DNA from: an uncultured virus (IMG/VR IMGVR_UViG_3300019885_000016)
Taxonomy: Duplodnaviria > Heunggongvirae > Uroviricota > Caudoviricetes
Reading direction: 5' to 3' (one strand)
IMG/VR virus record: IMGVR_UViG_3300019885_000016
Length of the DNA stretch: 64,000 nt
Shown: positions 1 to 9,488 of the stretch, in pieces
Layout: every line of letters starts with the position of its first letter
How positions within the stretch are numbered: the first letter of the stretch is position 1
Translations under genes and position numbers: made by a program
Notes under the pieces: generated by a model
What the model saw: only the letters and a program-made list of their open reading frames with translations
Told to the model about the DNA's origin: nothing
The model's database searches: none

Positions 1-1095
1 CTAGCGCGCGAAGTAGCCGGGGCGCGTGCGCGCTATGAGTTCGGGTTGTGTGACATCAATGCGGATTGTGCGCCAGTTGCCGTTGCGCCCGCGCGCGTTA
101 GATGACTGGTATCTGATGCTGTAGAGTGTTCGCAACTCGGCTGCGACTTCCGCGTAAAGCCTGCCCAAATCTTCCAGATGGTTAATCTCGCTCAAGTGCC
201 CGCCCGTTCTGTCTGCCAGAGTTTGAAGACGAGTGCGCGCCGAAGTGTATATAGCCGTGATCGTCGGGTCTGGGAAGGGCAGATGCCTCGGGTCGCCGGA
301 AGGAAGCGCGAGCGGGTAGACGGTGACGCCAAGATGATCCGCATCGTTAAGCACAGAATTGAGCGCGGCGCTCTGATTCGGTTTGACCGCCGCTATTGCC
401 TCTGCGTCGGTTTCGGCGTGCGCAGTTGCTGCTCGATCCTCGTTGCGCATCTCCGTGTCCAGCCCATCCGTCAGCACAACGATGGCTTTGCGTCGCCTGC
501 CTTCACCGTTAAACTGGCTGAGCGAATACCTGAGCGCCTTGTATAACTGCGTCTCGCCTTTCGTGCTGCCCAAGCGGTCGTCGCCGTAGCGTATGGCATC
601 CACAATCTTGCGCCGGTCTAGCGTAAAGTCTGTGATCGTCTTCACTCTGCCGTTGAAAGCTATGACGGCAACGCGGTCTTCAGGGGCGAGAGCATCAATG
701 AAGCGAAGCGCCGCCTGCTTGAGCGACGTGCGAAAATTCTGGGTGGATGCGGACATGTCAAGAAGCAGGACGAGGCTGAACGGAGCGTCCGTAGCCTCGA
801 AGCTGACTATCTTCTGGCGCACGTCGTCTTCGTAAACAGCGAAGTCGTTGGCCGTCAGGTTCGTTATTGCGTGCCCCTGCCTGTCAGCTACGCCCACATT
901 TAATTGAACCAGCGAAGTGTCAACGCGCACTATGTCGTCCGGCTGTTGATCCTGTTGCGCGACGATGGAAGGCGCTGCGGCGAAGAGGCAGAAAAAGAGC
1001 GTGACGAATGCAAGAGGGAGAAATTTCGGTCTGCTGAATTTTGTGGAAAAGGGATTAAAAATCATTTGCCAGATTACAACTTTACAAGAAGCCAT
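1..1095 (-). CDS. Host VWA domain-containing exported protein (acidobacterial VWFA type); true start may be slightly downstream
   Basis: Signal-like N-terminus, VRVDTSLVQLNVGV, MIDAS DMSAS, VVLTDGLD, C-terminal ARTRPGYFA typical of this family. Confidence 0.9.
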   Translation of the reverse strand: MASCKVVIWQMIFNPFSTKFSRPKFLPLAFVTLFFCLFAAAPSIVAQQDQQPDDIVRVDTSLVQLNVGVADRQGHAITNLTANDFAVYEDDVRQKIVSFEATDAPFSLVLLLDMSASTQNFRTSLKQAALRFIDALAPEDRVAVIAFNGRVKTITDFTLDRRKIVDAIRYGDDRLGSTKGETQLYKALRYSLSQFNGEGRRRKAIVVLTDGLDTEMRNEDRAATAHAETDAEAIAAVKPNQSAALNSVLNDADHLGVTVYPLALPSGDPRHLPFPDPTITAIYTSARTRLQTLADRTGGHLSEINHLEDLGRLYAEVAAELRTLYSIRYQSSNARGRNGNWRTIRIDVTQPELIARTRPGYFAR

Positions 1096-1328
1096 CAGAA
1101 TAGCAAGTATGCCTAGCGTCAGCCTGTTTTGACAAGCGTGCGGGGGCGCATGCCCAAACTTGTAGTCGGACGCTTGCAGGTGTGCGTTAAGTTGCTTGGG
1201 CGAGCGGAAAAGCCGGCGCGGCGTGTGAGGCCGAGGCGACCGAGGGGAAAAGAGCAGATGCGAGAAAGTATTCAGACCACTTTCTCTTTGGAAAACCTTC
1301 GCTCGTTCTTCTCGCCTCGGGTCGTGCT

Positions 1329-1919
1329 TTACCTTCCGGCTGCTTTAGCAAGACGGCGCGTGCGGCGCGCGGGCGCGGCTTCGGGGGCAGACGCGACCGC
1401 CGCGAGAGGCGCGGGCGTTTCGACGGGCACGGGGCGCGGGCGCGACCGGTTGCGTCGTGCTGTGGCGCGCTCGGTCTCTTCGGCCACGATTCTCTTGGCC
1501 TTCTCTATGCGCTTGCGAGGCACAAGCTGGAATTTCAACTCCATCTCCTGCGAGACTTTGTAGATAGTCCTGGGCTTCTGCCCGCGCTCCGCGCGACGTA
1601 TGATCTCTTCGTAATTAAGCAACTCGGCTTGATCGTCTTTTCCAATCCAGATGAATGAACTCTCCGGCATCGCTCTTTTAACCTCCAGACTAAGCAGCGA
1701 ACGCATCTCGGTTTGCACCACGTGCAACCGGGCGCGCTCTTTCTTCGGCGCTTCACCACGCGCCGAGTAGTAATCGGCAACGAGCGCGTCCGTCTCTTCG
1801 CGCCGCTCATCGTAAAAGAGCGCGAAGTCGCGGCAGCGTGTTCGATAAGGGCAGACCACAGCGCAGACAATAGGGTCTTTGAAATGCGCGTAGCGGTTAC
1901 AGTAAAGCTTCAGTCCCAT
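1329..1919 (-). CDS. Host hypothetical protein with Cys-rich N-terminus
   Basis: GC-rich ORF 1329..1973; ATG at MGLKLYC taken as start. Confidence 0.6.
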   Translation of the reverse strand: MGLKLYCNRYAHFKDPIVCAVVCPYRTRCRDFALFYDERREETDALVADYYSARGEAPKKERARLHVVQTEMRSLLSLEVKRAMPESSFIWIGKDDQAELLNYEEIIRRAERGQKPRTIYKVSQEMELKFQLVPRKRIEKAKRIVAEETERATARRNRSRPRPVPVETPAPLAAVASAPEAAPARRTRRLAKAAGR

Positions 1920-2282
1920 AGGGGAAATCCCCGGAACGCGAACTCTTTCGTCCCGTAAAGAGAAGCGCGCCACACTCGTCCTTACTGTCGAGAATAAATT
2001 CTCGACCTATTTTCGGGAGTGAAATGAATTCTAGCACGCTTGTTTTATCTGTGCAACTCAAACTCTCGCGTGCAACACAAGGGCGAAAACTTTTCTTCAG
2101 ATGAAAATCTTTCGGGCGTATAATCCGCGTGCGCATTGTACTGGAAACTGTTGCTGATTGAAGCCGCCCAAACGACACTACCTCGCCAGTGTTTCTGAAG
2201 CGAGCGCGCTTCCTCTCACGACAGCAGCGCTTCCAAGCTTCACCCTGCTCTTAACTTCACCCTCTAGCGGAGACCTCTAATC

Positions 2283-2314
2283 ATGTACAAGCCGAATTTC
2301 TGCGCAGAATGTGG
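2283..2314 (+). pseudogene. 5' fragment of a host CxxC (zinc-ribbon) gene interrupted by the prophage; probable attL
   Basis: MYKPNFCAECG then loss of plausible coding; composition changes here; integrase stop is at 2337; palindrome TTCTGCGCAGAA at 2298-2309. Confidence 0.55.
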
Positions 2315-2336
2315 AATATGCGAATTTCCGCCCATT

Positions 2337-3377
2337 TTAAGCGGTTTTCTCTTCCTCTGTGACAATCTTGCGGCAAAGCGTCACGGAATCCACCGCTTTA
2401 CGTCTCATCTCAGGCGTGGCGTGGGTATACTTGGCAGTCATACGCGCGCTGCTATGTCCCAATAGTGACTGTATGGCTGTTTCATTGAATCCTTGCTCTG
2501 CTAAACGGGTTGCGAAGGTGTGACGCAGATCGTGGAAGCGGCAATCAAATACCTTTGCGTCCTTTAGAGCTTTCCTGAACTGCTTTTCAAACCACGAAGT
2601 CTCAAACCCTCTCCCGAACAATCTCTCACCCGAAGATTCTTCCAGAAGTAATCGAACGACTTCGGACGCTTCACTATTTAGCGGAATGACTTTCTTCTTT
2701 CTTTCCTTTGTCCTCTCAGGCGGTAAGACTATTTCATTTGATTCAAGGTTCACTTCAGAGCGTCTTAGCCCTAAGATTTCGTTCAGCCTCATTCCCGTCA
2801 GTAAGCCAAGATCGAACACAGGAATGAGAGCCGGGTTTAGATGCTCGCGTATCCTCACTTCTTCATCTTCAAAGAGGTATCTTTCGCGCTGTTCGCCCTG
2901 TAGGAGCCTTTTCACCTTAGAGAGCGGGTTATCATTCGTGTAGCCGTTCTCTATCGCCAGAGTGAAGATGCGGTTAAGCACGGCCAAGTCCTGATTGACT
3001 GTCGAGGCTTTACGAACCCCGCGATTTGTAGGAGTCTCGCGCCTCAGTTTTTTGAACTTCTCTAAGAGCATGGGTGAAATCTGTTGAAACGTCCTCTGAC
3101 TGAAGAAGTCACAGAAGACTTTGCATTTCTGCTCATCCTCTTTCCACTTCTTTCTATTAGCCCTACAGTATGGCTTGAACACCTCTTCAACAAATGCAGA
3201 AAAGAGCGTGTTCCTGTTGTCACGCCCATATCTGCCTTCGTAGATTGACTGCCTGACTTGCGCCTCTACCTTTAATGCCTGTTGTTTGTTTTGAGCCTCT
3301 GGAATAGAGCCGCGATACCTGACCCTGCGGATCATAAGGTCAAATTGCCAGCGACTCTTGCGTTTCCTCACTGTCAT
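2337..3377 (-). CDS. int: Tyrosine recombinase / phage integrase
   Basis: TGMRLNE, FHDLRHTFAT, LGHSS, KYTH catalytic motifs; RBS AAGGGAG before ATG 3377. Confidence 0.97.
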   Translation of the reverse strand: MTVRKRKSRWQFDLMIRRVRYRGSIPEAQNKQQALKVEAQVRQSIYEGRYGRDNRNTLFSAFVEEVFKPYCRANRKKWKEDEQKCKVFCDFFSQRTFQQISPMLLEKFKKLRRETPTNRGVRKASTVNQDLAVLNRIFTLAIENGYTNDNPLSKVKRLLQGEQRERYLFEDEEVRIREHLNPALIPVFDLGLLTGMRLNEILGLRRSEVNLESNEIVLPPERTKERKKKVIPLNSEASEVVRLLLEESSGERLFGRGFETSWFEKQFRKALKDAKVFDCRFHDLRHTFATRLAEQGFNETAIQSLLGHSSARMTAKYTHATPEMRRKAVDSVTLCRKIVTEEEKTA

Positions 3378-3597
3378 AGATTCTCCCTTTCCGGGTCGCG
3401 CCGTAAAGGAGGGGCGCATCATATTGAAGTGCGGCGCGAGAATCAATCTCTTTCAGGGCAAAGGCGGGAATCATTGAAACCGACTGACCATCTACAAGGA
3501 AATAGTATCGCTCGCCAAGCCATGCTATTGCTGCAACTTTCCCGCGAAAGCCGTTGTAGTCCACCCACGTCCCAAGAGGTAGTAGTTCGTCTTTCAT
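3340..3597 (-). CDS. Phage hypothetical protein
   Basis: ORF coupled to the excisionase gene. Confidence 0.6.
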   Translation of the reverse strand: MKDELLPLGTWVDYNGFRGKVAAIAWLGERYYFLVDGQSVSMIPAFALKEIDSRAALQYDAPLLYGATRKGRIYDSEETQESLAI

Positions 3598-3908
3598 TAT
3601 TCATTCACCGCCCGCAATCTGGCGTTCCTCAAACCCCACTCATCCAACTCTGAAAGTTTGAATCTCAGGTTTCTGCCGAAGTAACGCGCCGGGATATTTC
3701 TATATCTATCCGCAACCCACTGTCTTAATGTCCTGTCGGATACATCTATATGTTTAGCTGCAATATCAATGGTCACGTACCCCTCTGTTTTGTCGCCTAA
3801 AATAATCGGCACAGGCTCAGGCTCTATTTCTGAGAGGAGGGATAAAGCATCGTGTTTGGCTCTATCAAATATGCTTTCGATCTTGTTAGCGATGTTCTCT
3901 TTCTTCAT
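3597..3908 (-). CDS. Excisionase-like HTH protein
   Basis: TIDIAAKHIDVSDRTLRQW...IPARYFGRNLRFKLSELDEW, upstream of int. Confidence 0.8.
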   Translation of the reverse strand: MKKENIANKIESIFDRAKHDALSLLSEIEPEPVPIILGDKTEGYVTIDIAAKHIDVSDRTLRQWVADRYRNIPARYFGRNLRFKLSELDEWGLRNARLRAVNE

Positions 3909-3929
3909 ACCACCTCTCGGGTTAGTCCG

Positions 3930-4118
3930 CTACCGCTTATCCTTCCATGCCCAAAAATAGTCCATCATTTCCCGACACTTGGCGCGAAGTTCGGCGTCGG
4001 AGGAACAGAGGTAAACTTTGAATAATCCATTCATCGCCTCTGTTGCGCCTTCATAAATCTCTTTTGTGTACCGCTCACCGGACAGCTTGAGTTCTGCTTT
4101 TGCCTGTGTGTCATTCAT
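3930..4118 (-). CDS. Phage hypothetical protein
   Basis: 62-aa ORF in leftward operon. Confidence 0.55.
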   Translation of the reverse strand: MNDTQAKAELKLSGERYTKEIYEGATEAMNGLFKVYLCSSDAELRAKCREMMDYFWAWKDKR

Positions 4119-4381
4119 GGGTCAACCTCGGCTTTCAAGCGGGCGTTTAACGTGGCGAATGTGTTCTTGCCTGACGTGGATAAACTCGTTGTCAATGCTG
4201 CACAGACCACTGGCGTAGATTGAGCGAATTATGTAGTGCTTTCCAACGCTCGGCTTGTTAGTGTAATCAATCGCGCGAATCTTTTCGGGTATCACCTCAA
4301 CCATGTCGCCCACTTTGAAAATTTCCGGCATCGTAGTTACCTCGCAAGAGAATCCCTGCCTTTAAGGCGCGGAGCATTCAA
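4119..4381 (+). mobile_element. Degenerate IS200/IS605-type mini-element A (left-end hairpin deleted, right end intact)
   Basis: TCAT 4115-4118; AACCTCG then GCTTTCAAGCGGGCGTT (17-nt identity with 8485-8501); right end GAAT 4350-4353, hairpin, TCAA 4378-4381. Confidence 0.6.
4122..4331 (-). CDS. Passenger of element A; small SH3/KOW-like protein
   Basis: FKVGDMVEV start; RBS GAGGT next to right-end hairpin. Confidence 0.65.
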   Translation of the reverse strand: MPEIFKVGDMVEVIPEKIRAIDYTNKPSVGKHYIIRSIYASGLCSIDNEFIHVRQEHIRHVKRPLESRG

Positions 4382-4432
4382 TGATTAGCGAGCCTCAGAA
4401 GCGTCGCGGCATGGCATAAATCAGGCTCACCC

Positions 4433-4627
4433 TCATCGGCTTTGCCCGACAATGCCCTTCGCTTTAACCACTTTTGCTTTCTCTAGCAACCTAATGGCTC
4501 GGCGCACGTCTTCCGCGCCAAGCACTCCCATACGATGGAGATTGTCTTGAACATGCGGGCCTTTCAAGCAATACAACGCGCCCCAAATCGCATCCTCAGC
4601 CGAAAGAGTCTCTTTTTCTTGCGTCAC
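4433..4627 (-). CDS. Phage hypothetical protein
   Basis: GTG start with GGAGG RBS. Confidence 0.6.
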   Translation of the reverse strand: MTQEKETLSAEDAIWGALYCLKGPHVQDNLHRMGVLGAEDVRRAIRLLEKAKVVKAKGIVGQSR

Positions 4628-4678
4628 GATTGTGCCTCCAAAGAAGCCCTCGCGTTGAAGACGCGGGGAGTGTTTGAT
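4624..4678 (+). repeat. Solitary IS200/IS605-type end hairpin
   Basis: TCAC, 15 nt, GAAG, hairpin CCCTCGCGT-TGAAG-ACGCGGGG. Confidence 0.55.
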
Positions 4679-5071
4679 GCGGCTTGTAGATTAAAGCCTT
4701 TGGTTCGCTTGCGTTGGATTCTTTCAGGCATGCGTTACCTCATTTAATTTCCGCACAGCTTCATCCAGTGTCACTGTGTACTCTTCTATCTCTTCGTCTG
4801 AGGCGTAACAGCCTATGCAGTATTCAGGTGAGTCCTTGTGCCTGAGAAATGATTCACGCTCGAATTTACAATTCTTGCAGATGAATGTTTCTTCCATTGT
4901 TATTCTCCAAATGGCTCTCAATTACCTCTTTAGCTGACTTGATCTCGCTCATTGCAAGTTCGTAGTCGGGGTGATTCTCCGGTATGTGGTAATCAATTAT
5001 CTGCTTCAAAGTAGAAGCGAGGTTGTTTAGTGCAATTATTAGATTGTCTTCCATTTTCCTTTTCCATTTGT

Positions 5072-5347
5072 TTACAAAGATTTCCTTATTACATTTTCAA
5101 CATGCTTCACTGACACACGATGCTTCTCTGCTATCCGCTCAAAGTTCATCCCACTAAGAAACTCCAATGCTATGAGAATGTGACTGTATCGTTCGGGATA
5201 TACAGATTGTGAACTCATAGAAAAGAATTGAGAGCGTCCGTAATAATGGGCAGGTCTATCACAGGAAGGAACTCCGTTGTCGAAGTTGCCCGCACGCGCG
5301 CCGCACATCTTTCCAGACTTTAATATTGCATGGCATTTGAGATTCAT
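5072..5347 (-). CDS. Hypothetical protein with Cys/His N-terminus and C-terminal HTH-like segment
   Basis: C...C...C..H; MNFERIAEKHRVSVKHVENVI. Confidence 0.55.
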   Translation of the reverse strand: MNLKCHAILKSGKMCGARAGNFDNGVPSCDRPAHYYGRSQFFSMSSQSVYPERYSHILIALEFLSGMNFERIAEKHRVSVKHVENVIRKSL

Positions 5348-5358
5348 GTTCTATTCAT

Positions 5359-5895
5359 CAGAACTCACAAGGAGACTCTCTCATTTATGTGAGAGAGGAA
5401 TTGTGTCCACCGCGAAACTGCTTTCAAAGTTTCGCATCAACTAGACAAGCCTCTATCTCAGCAACGGACGCGCGACGTACAGCCATGTAACTTTTTCGTC
5501 GTAATCTCCTACGTAAGTACCTGTGTCGCCCGTCGAGCAGTAAGTTTTCTGGGCTTACAATGCCCGGACATTCCGGGTCACACAGGAGGAAACGTACAGG
5601 GCTAAATGACCAATGATAGCGGTCTGCGCCCTTGATTTTTGAAATTGGTAAGTATTCAATAGGTGCTTTTTCAAGGAGCCAGATTAAGTTGTGAATTTTT
5701 ATCCTGCGTCCATCATGCAGAGTTTTCGTGTGGAATAAAAAGCTATATCGTCTAGGCTGTGTAAGTTTGCGCTGCCAGCCTAAAACAAAGCCTACGGTAA
5801 GACCGAATAGCAAGCCTAAACTAACGTGCAAAAGCCACCACATAAATTAAACCTCACAAATGAAACCGCGTGTTTCTAACGCGGGGAGACTTCAT
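5359..5895 (+). mobile_element. IS200/IS605-type non-autonomous mini-element B
   Basis: Target TCAT 5355-5358; guide GAGA 5372-5375; hairpin 5376-5397; second hairpin with GCTTTCAA loop 5412-5435; right end GAAA 5862-5865, hairpin, TCAT 5892-5895. Confidence 0.75.
5424..5843 (-). CDS. Passenger of element B: N-terminal membrane anchor plus ParB/Srx-like motif
   Basis: Hydrophobic N-terminus; PGIV...LLDGRHR. Confidence 0.65.
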   Translation of the reverse strand: MWWLLHVSLGLLFGLTVGFVLGWQRKLTQPRRYSFLFHTKTLHDGRRIKIHNLIWLLEKAPIEYLPISKIKGADRYHWSFSPVRFLLCDPECPGIVSPENLLLDGRHRYLRRRLRRKSYMAVRRASVAEIEACLVDAKL

Positions 5896-5934
5896 CCACC
5901 CTTCAGTAATCAACAGAAAGAAGTTTAATCAATC

Positions 5935-6123
5935 TCACTCCGCTTCTCCTGCCCACAAAACCTGCACGGCCTTTTCCTCATCCAAGCCTCTGTATAAGGT
6001 CTGCGTATTCCTTTTGCCGAACTTACGTTGGTAAACAATGAACTCGCCCGCGTTTACTACAACCCACCTGTCTTCAAAGGTAATCCGTACATTCTCAACC
6101 GACAGAAATTCTATAATTGTCAT
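5935..6123 (-). CDS. Phage hypothetical protein
   Basis: ATGA-coupled ORF with GGAGG RBS. Confidence 0.55.
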   Translation of the reverse strand: MTIIEFLSVENVRITFEDRWVVVNAGEFIVYQRKFGKRNTQTLYRGLDEEKAVQVLWAGEAE

Positions 6124-6483
6124 GCGTGCCTCCGTGCTTCTCTCACTCTCCCCAAATGAGCTACGTTGACCTTCTCTCTTAACGTATAAGATGGATGAAA
6201 CGTAATCAACGAGCGGCCAGCAGAGAGGTCTTCAAGGATGCCTTCAAGAAATATTCGTGATTCGGAATGAGTGAAGATGGTTTCATCTTTAACTATGCAC
6301 CATCTCATACCGTATTCGTTGGTGACTCTACGTTCTATCTTGAAACTCGTTTGACCTCCGCTTGTTTCGCTAACCACTCATCCTCATCTTCGGTATAGCC
6401 TTCACCGCCGCAACCGTAGCAGACGCGGGTTGCTAGTTGGCTAGAGCATTTTGGGCAATCGTCGTCGCTATATTCCCAATCGT

Positions 6484-7479
6484 TCATACAATCGCTTCAG
6501 ATTCTTTCTTCTCAACCTCAGAATGAAACAAAGTCAATTCACGCTCAGAGTGTTTGCCGCTCAGGTAATCTTCCCAAGTAATGAATTGGTAGTAGCGTCT
6601 GACTACCCACCGTTGAAACTTTTTCAGCGTCTTGTTTTCTTGGTCGTAGACCATTGGATAAGGTAATAGCTTGGCCTCGTCCATCTTCTGAAATCTGTAA
6701 TAGACATCTTCAAATGTTTCGTTAGGCCAGTATCCGCAGAGCATGTAAACGAGAATGTGATTAGGTCGTATGCCCGCTTTGGTTAAGATTTCTATTCCAT
6801 TGAAAAACACCTTTTCATCTCTGCGGTTGTCCCAAGCCGTGTAAATCCTTTTCGTCTTAAACTGGTCGTCGCGGTATTTCATCCTTGCGAGATAGCTTGC
6901 TCCGTCCTCATGTATCAATCGAACATTGATGCCCTGATTGAAACAGACCTCGAACCCACCTTGAGTGATTTCCTCTGCTCTATCTTTCCATCCTTCTTGA
7001 CCAAAGAAATCATTGTCTAAAAGGTGAATCTGTTTCGGATGACCACCACCGCGCCAGATGTCGTTGATTGTGTTCAGACCTCTGACTTTGCCCTCTTTTT
7101 TAGGAACTACGCAGAATGAGCATTTGAGCCGACAGCCCCTTTGTGTGAATCCTATTGAATGAGGAAATTCGGGATAATCTGAATAGTCATAAAACTCGTA
7201 TTCGCTTATCCCGAGAAAGTCTTCAACCGTTTCAAAGTCATCCGTTCCTGTCCCTCTAACAACGGCCTCTGGAAAGTTTCTTTTGAACGTCTCGGCTTTC
7301 TTTGTAGAGAAATTGAATATCTGGCTTCCTAAAACTAAATCGTATTCAGGCTCAAACAATCCGCGTGTGGCAGACTTGGTTAGAATCACTTCCGCGCCGT
7401 TTGAGCGGTAGAAGTGGGCAAGCTTCATCAAAGCCAGATTGGGTAACTTGCCGTCTAATTGTGTGAGCCTGATTTTCAA
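6484..7479 (-). CDS. Radical SAM protein
   Basis: RGCRLKCSFC (CxxxCxxC), LLDNDFF, PNLALMKL N-terminus. Confidence 0.9.
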   Translation of the reverse strand: MKIRLTQLDGKLPNLALMKLAHFYRSNGAEVILTKSATRGLFEPEYDLVLGSQIFNFSTKKAETFKRNFPEAVVRGTGTDDFETVEDFLGISEYEFYDYSDYPEFPHSIGFTQRGCRLKCSFCVVPKKEGKVRGLNTINDIWRGGGHPKQIHLLDNDFFGQEGWKDRAEEITQGGFEVCFNQGINVRLIHEDGASYLARMKYRDDQFKTKRIYTAWDNRRDEKVFFNGIEILTKAGIRPNHILVYMLCGYWPNETFEDVYYRFQKMDEAKLLPYPMVYDQENKTLKKFQRWVVRRYYQFITWEDYLSGKHSERELTLFHSEVEKKESEAIV

Positions 7480-7874
7480 AACGGTGTTACCTCAATCTCT
7501 CCAACTTCTACATTCTCAGAATGAAACTTATTGAATACTCTCTTGTAGTAGGCCATCCGTCCCTTACCAGCTTTACCTGTAGCGATATTTAATCTCTGTT
7601 GATTAAACCGTTCGTGTGACTCATTACTCCATTGTCTTGCTAATGCAGGGAAAGATATTGCCAGTGCTAATGCCACATGACTACACGGTGTATCAGATAG
7701 GCCAGCAGGACAGGAACAGGTTGCGCCGTCTTCTTCCATGTGAACGAAATGCCACTCGCCTTTATGAGAGAAGCTAGATACTTTCCAGTGGATGCCAAAG
7801 GGAGTTATTTCTAGTTGGCGATCTTGGGCTTTCTCGTATTGAAGAGATAGTGATTTATTGTTTCGGACTATCAT
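7476..7874 (-). CDS. SWIM zinc-finger protein
   Basis: CSCPAG...PCSH. Confidence 0.75.
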   Translation of the reverse strand: MIVRNNKSLSLQYEKAQDRQLEITPFGIHWKVSSFSHKGEWHFVHMEEDGATCSCPAGLSDTPCSHVALALAISFPALARQWSNESHERFNQQRLNIATGKAGKGRMAYYKRVFNKFHSENVEVGEIEVTPF

Positions 7875-8422
7875 GCTGCTCTCTCAGTGCGTCCGAACAA
7901 GCTTAAGGCGTCAGTCATTCGCTCAATCGGAAGTTGCAGGACATACTTGCCGGTATCAGTCCATCCGACATATTCAAATCCAATTTGCTGGTATGAATAG
8001 CCCCAAGACATCTCAGAGCCTTCTTTTGTTCGTTTGACGAAGCCTGAAACCTTTCGTGGGTCAATCATCGTAACCATGCCTAAACTCGGCTCATCATAGC
8101 CACGCCACTTGTTTGCAACTGTTCGATACCAGCGCGTGAGTGCAATGGCTTCCAAAATCAAGTCGCTTGATAGAACGGTTGATTCATTTCTGAATAATGA
8201 ATTGTCCCAAGCGTCCGGCCATGCGTGCTTGATTAAATGCGGATAAGGCCAACTTGTGACCCAGACCGCTCCATACTCAAATTGATCGGGAATCTCTAAG
8301 CCCAAGACGAGACAGCGACCGGGCTTGACGAACTGTGAACTATCAGGCGTTTGGCAAGAGTAGTGCCTTTTAGCCAGAATGTTGGCTCTGGGGTCTGCTC
8401 TGTGTGATAATCGCCAGTTCAT
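7871..8422 (-). CDS. Conserved phage protein, possibly a Mom/GNAT-like DNA-modification enzyme
   Basis: RADP...RHYS, PGRCLVL, WVTSWP, FRNE motifs; family assignment from memory only. Confidence 0.45.
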   Translation of the reverse strand: MNWRLSHRADPRANILAKRHYSCQTPDSSQFVKPGRCLVLGLEIPDQFEYGAVWVTSWPYPHLIKHAWPDAWDNSLFRNESTVLSSDLILEAIALTRWYRTVANKWRGYDEPSLGMVTMIDPRKVSGFVKRTKEGSEMSWGYSYQQIGFEYVGWTDTGKYVLQLPIERMTDALSLFGRTERAA

Positions 8423-8921
8423 CAAAACCTCGCAGGAGACTCTAGGATTTATCCTAGAGAGGAATGCGTAGCCACTTAGCCCGCGCTTTCAAGCGGGCGT
8501 TCCAAGTTGCGCTATTGCGGCTCACGTCGAAGTTCGGCCTGATTCTTAGCCTCAATCCTATCTTCGACGGCACGCTGCAAATCTATCGTGCGACCTGGAC
8601 AGGTGTTAGCCATACGGAGAGCGCACACAACCAAATCAGCGACGTAACGGTCAACTTCGTCGAGCGTGAACTCACTCCCGCCATGCTCCGCATCGTTTAC
8701 GACGGCGGCGAGTTTGCCGCTCGCCTTCTGAACGTGAAGCAAGGCGTGGGCAAAATCTTTGTGCGTCATGGGCGACGAACGAAAATCCCTGTGATAGTGA
8801 ACCGTCCAGGGTAATTGAGTTTGCAGTTCTCTAAGTGTCAAATCCTTAGCCATGTGTTTCACCTTTCAAGTTTCGGTTAATTCTGTAGAATCCCCTTCTT
8901 TGGAAGTGGGGGAGCATTCAA
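8423..8921 (+). mobile_element. IS200/IS605-type non-autonomous mini-element C
   Basis: Target TCAT 8419-8422; guide GAGA 8436-8439; hairpin 8440-8459; second hairpin with GCTTTCAA loop 8479-8498; right end GAAT 8888-8891, hairpin, TCAA 8918-8921. Confidence 0.8.
8512..8862 (-). CDS. Passenger of element C; MazG-like all-helical protein
   Basis: HALLHVQKASGKLA...VADLVVCALRMAN...IDLQRAV resembles the MazG fold but lacks the canonical acidic motif. Confidence 0.55.
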   Translation of the reverse strand: MKHMAKDLTLRELQTQLPWTVHYHRDFRSSPMTHKDFAHALLHVQKASGKLAAVVNDAEHGGSEFTLDEVDRYVADLVVCALRMANTCPGRTIDLQRAVEDRIEAKNQAELRREPQ

Positions 8922-9080
8922 CTCCCCTCTCTTTCGTATTCCCCAAAAAAAAAAAATACTTAAATATCGGTGCTAGCTGTTGAATCTCCGCTAGAGAATT
9001 TGATAAGCGAACTTCTGTTTCCACCTGGTACGCCTCACTAATATCGAAACGGGCTTCGTCTTCTTTAGTGGGGAAGCGGG

Positions 9081-9488
9081 CTAGACATCTTTCAAATTGA
9101 AAACGATGCCGCGACACCACTTCCGACCGTCTTCCAGAATGTCAAATGTGGTGTGTGGTATTTCCGTTTTGAAAGTCCAGGCGTAAGGCGGCTCTTGATT
9201 CCACAGTCCCTCAATCTTCTTCGCGTGCTTCTTACGCTTAAACCATTCCTCTAACTCGTCGTCATCATCAATAGAGTCGCGGTCTGGCAATAGCCCACGC
9301 TCGTCTACTAACACGGTGGCGGGTGAGCCGGATTCATCGTCTATCGCTCCGCGAAATTCCATAAGGTCGTCCGAAGCGCCGAACACTACTACGAGGCCAC
9401 ATTCCTCGGCTGTGGTTACCAGTTCCTCTGAAATCTCTTCACCGTACTCGTTGTTGTTGAGTATTCGCGCCAACTCGAATTTGTTCAT
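9081..9488 (-). CDS. Conserved acidic phage hypothetical protein
   Basis: GLVVVFGASDDLMEFRGAIDDE...IPHTTFDI...CRGIVF. Confidence 0.8.
   Translation of the reverse strand: MNKFELARILNNNEYGEEISEELVTTAEECGLVVVFGASDDLMEFRGAIDDESGSPATVLVDERGLLPDRDSIDDDDELEEWFKRKKHAKKIEGLWNQEPPYAWTFKTEIPHTTFDILEDGRKWCRGIVFNLKDV

Noticed and set aside
2200..2340. tRNA or tmRNA integration target
   Set aside because: No cloverleaf or T-loop/CCA signature seen near the integrase end
4343..8921. Hairpins as ordinary Rho-independent terminators
   Set aside because: They lack U-tracts, come as ordered left/right pairs and carry matched guide/cleavage tetranucleotides
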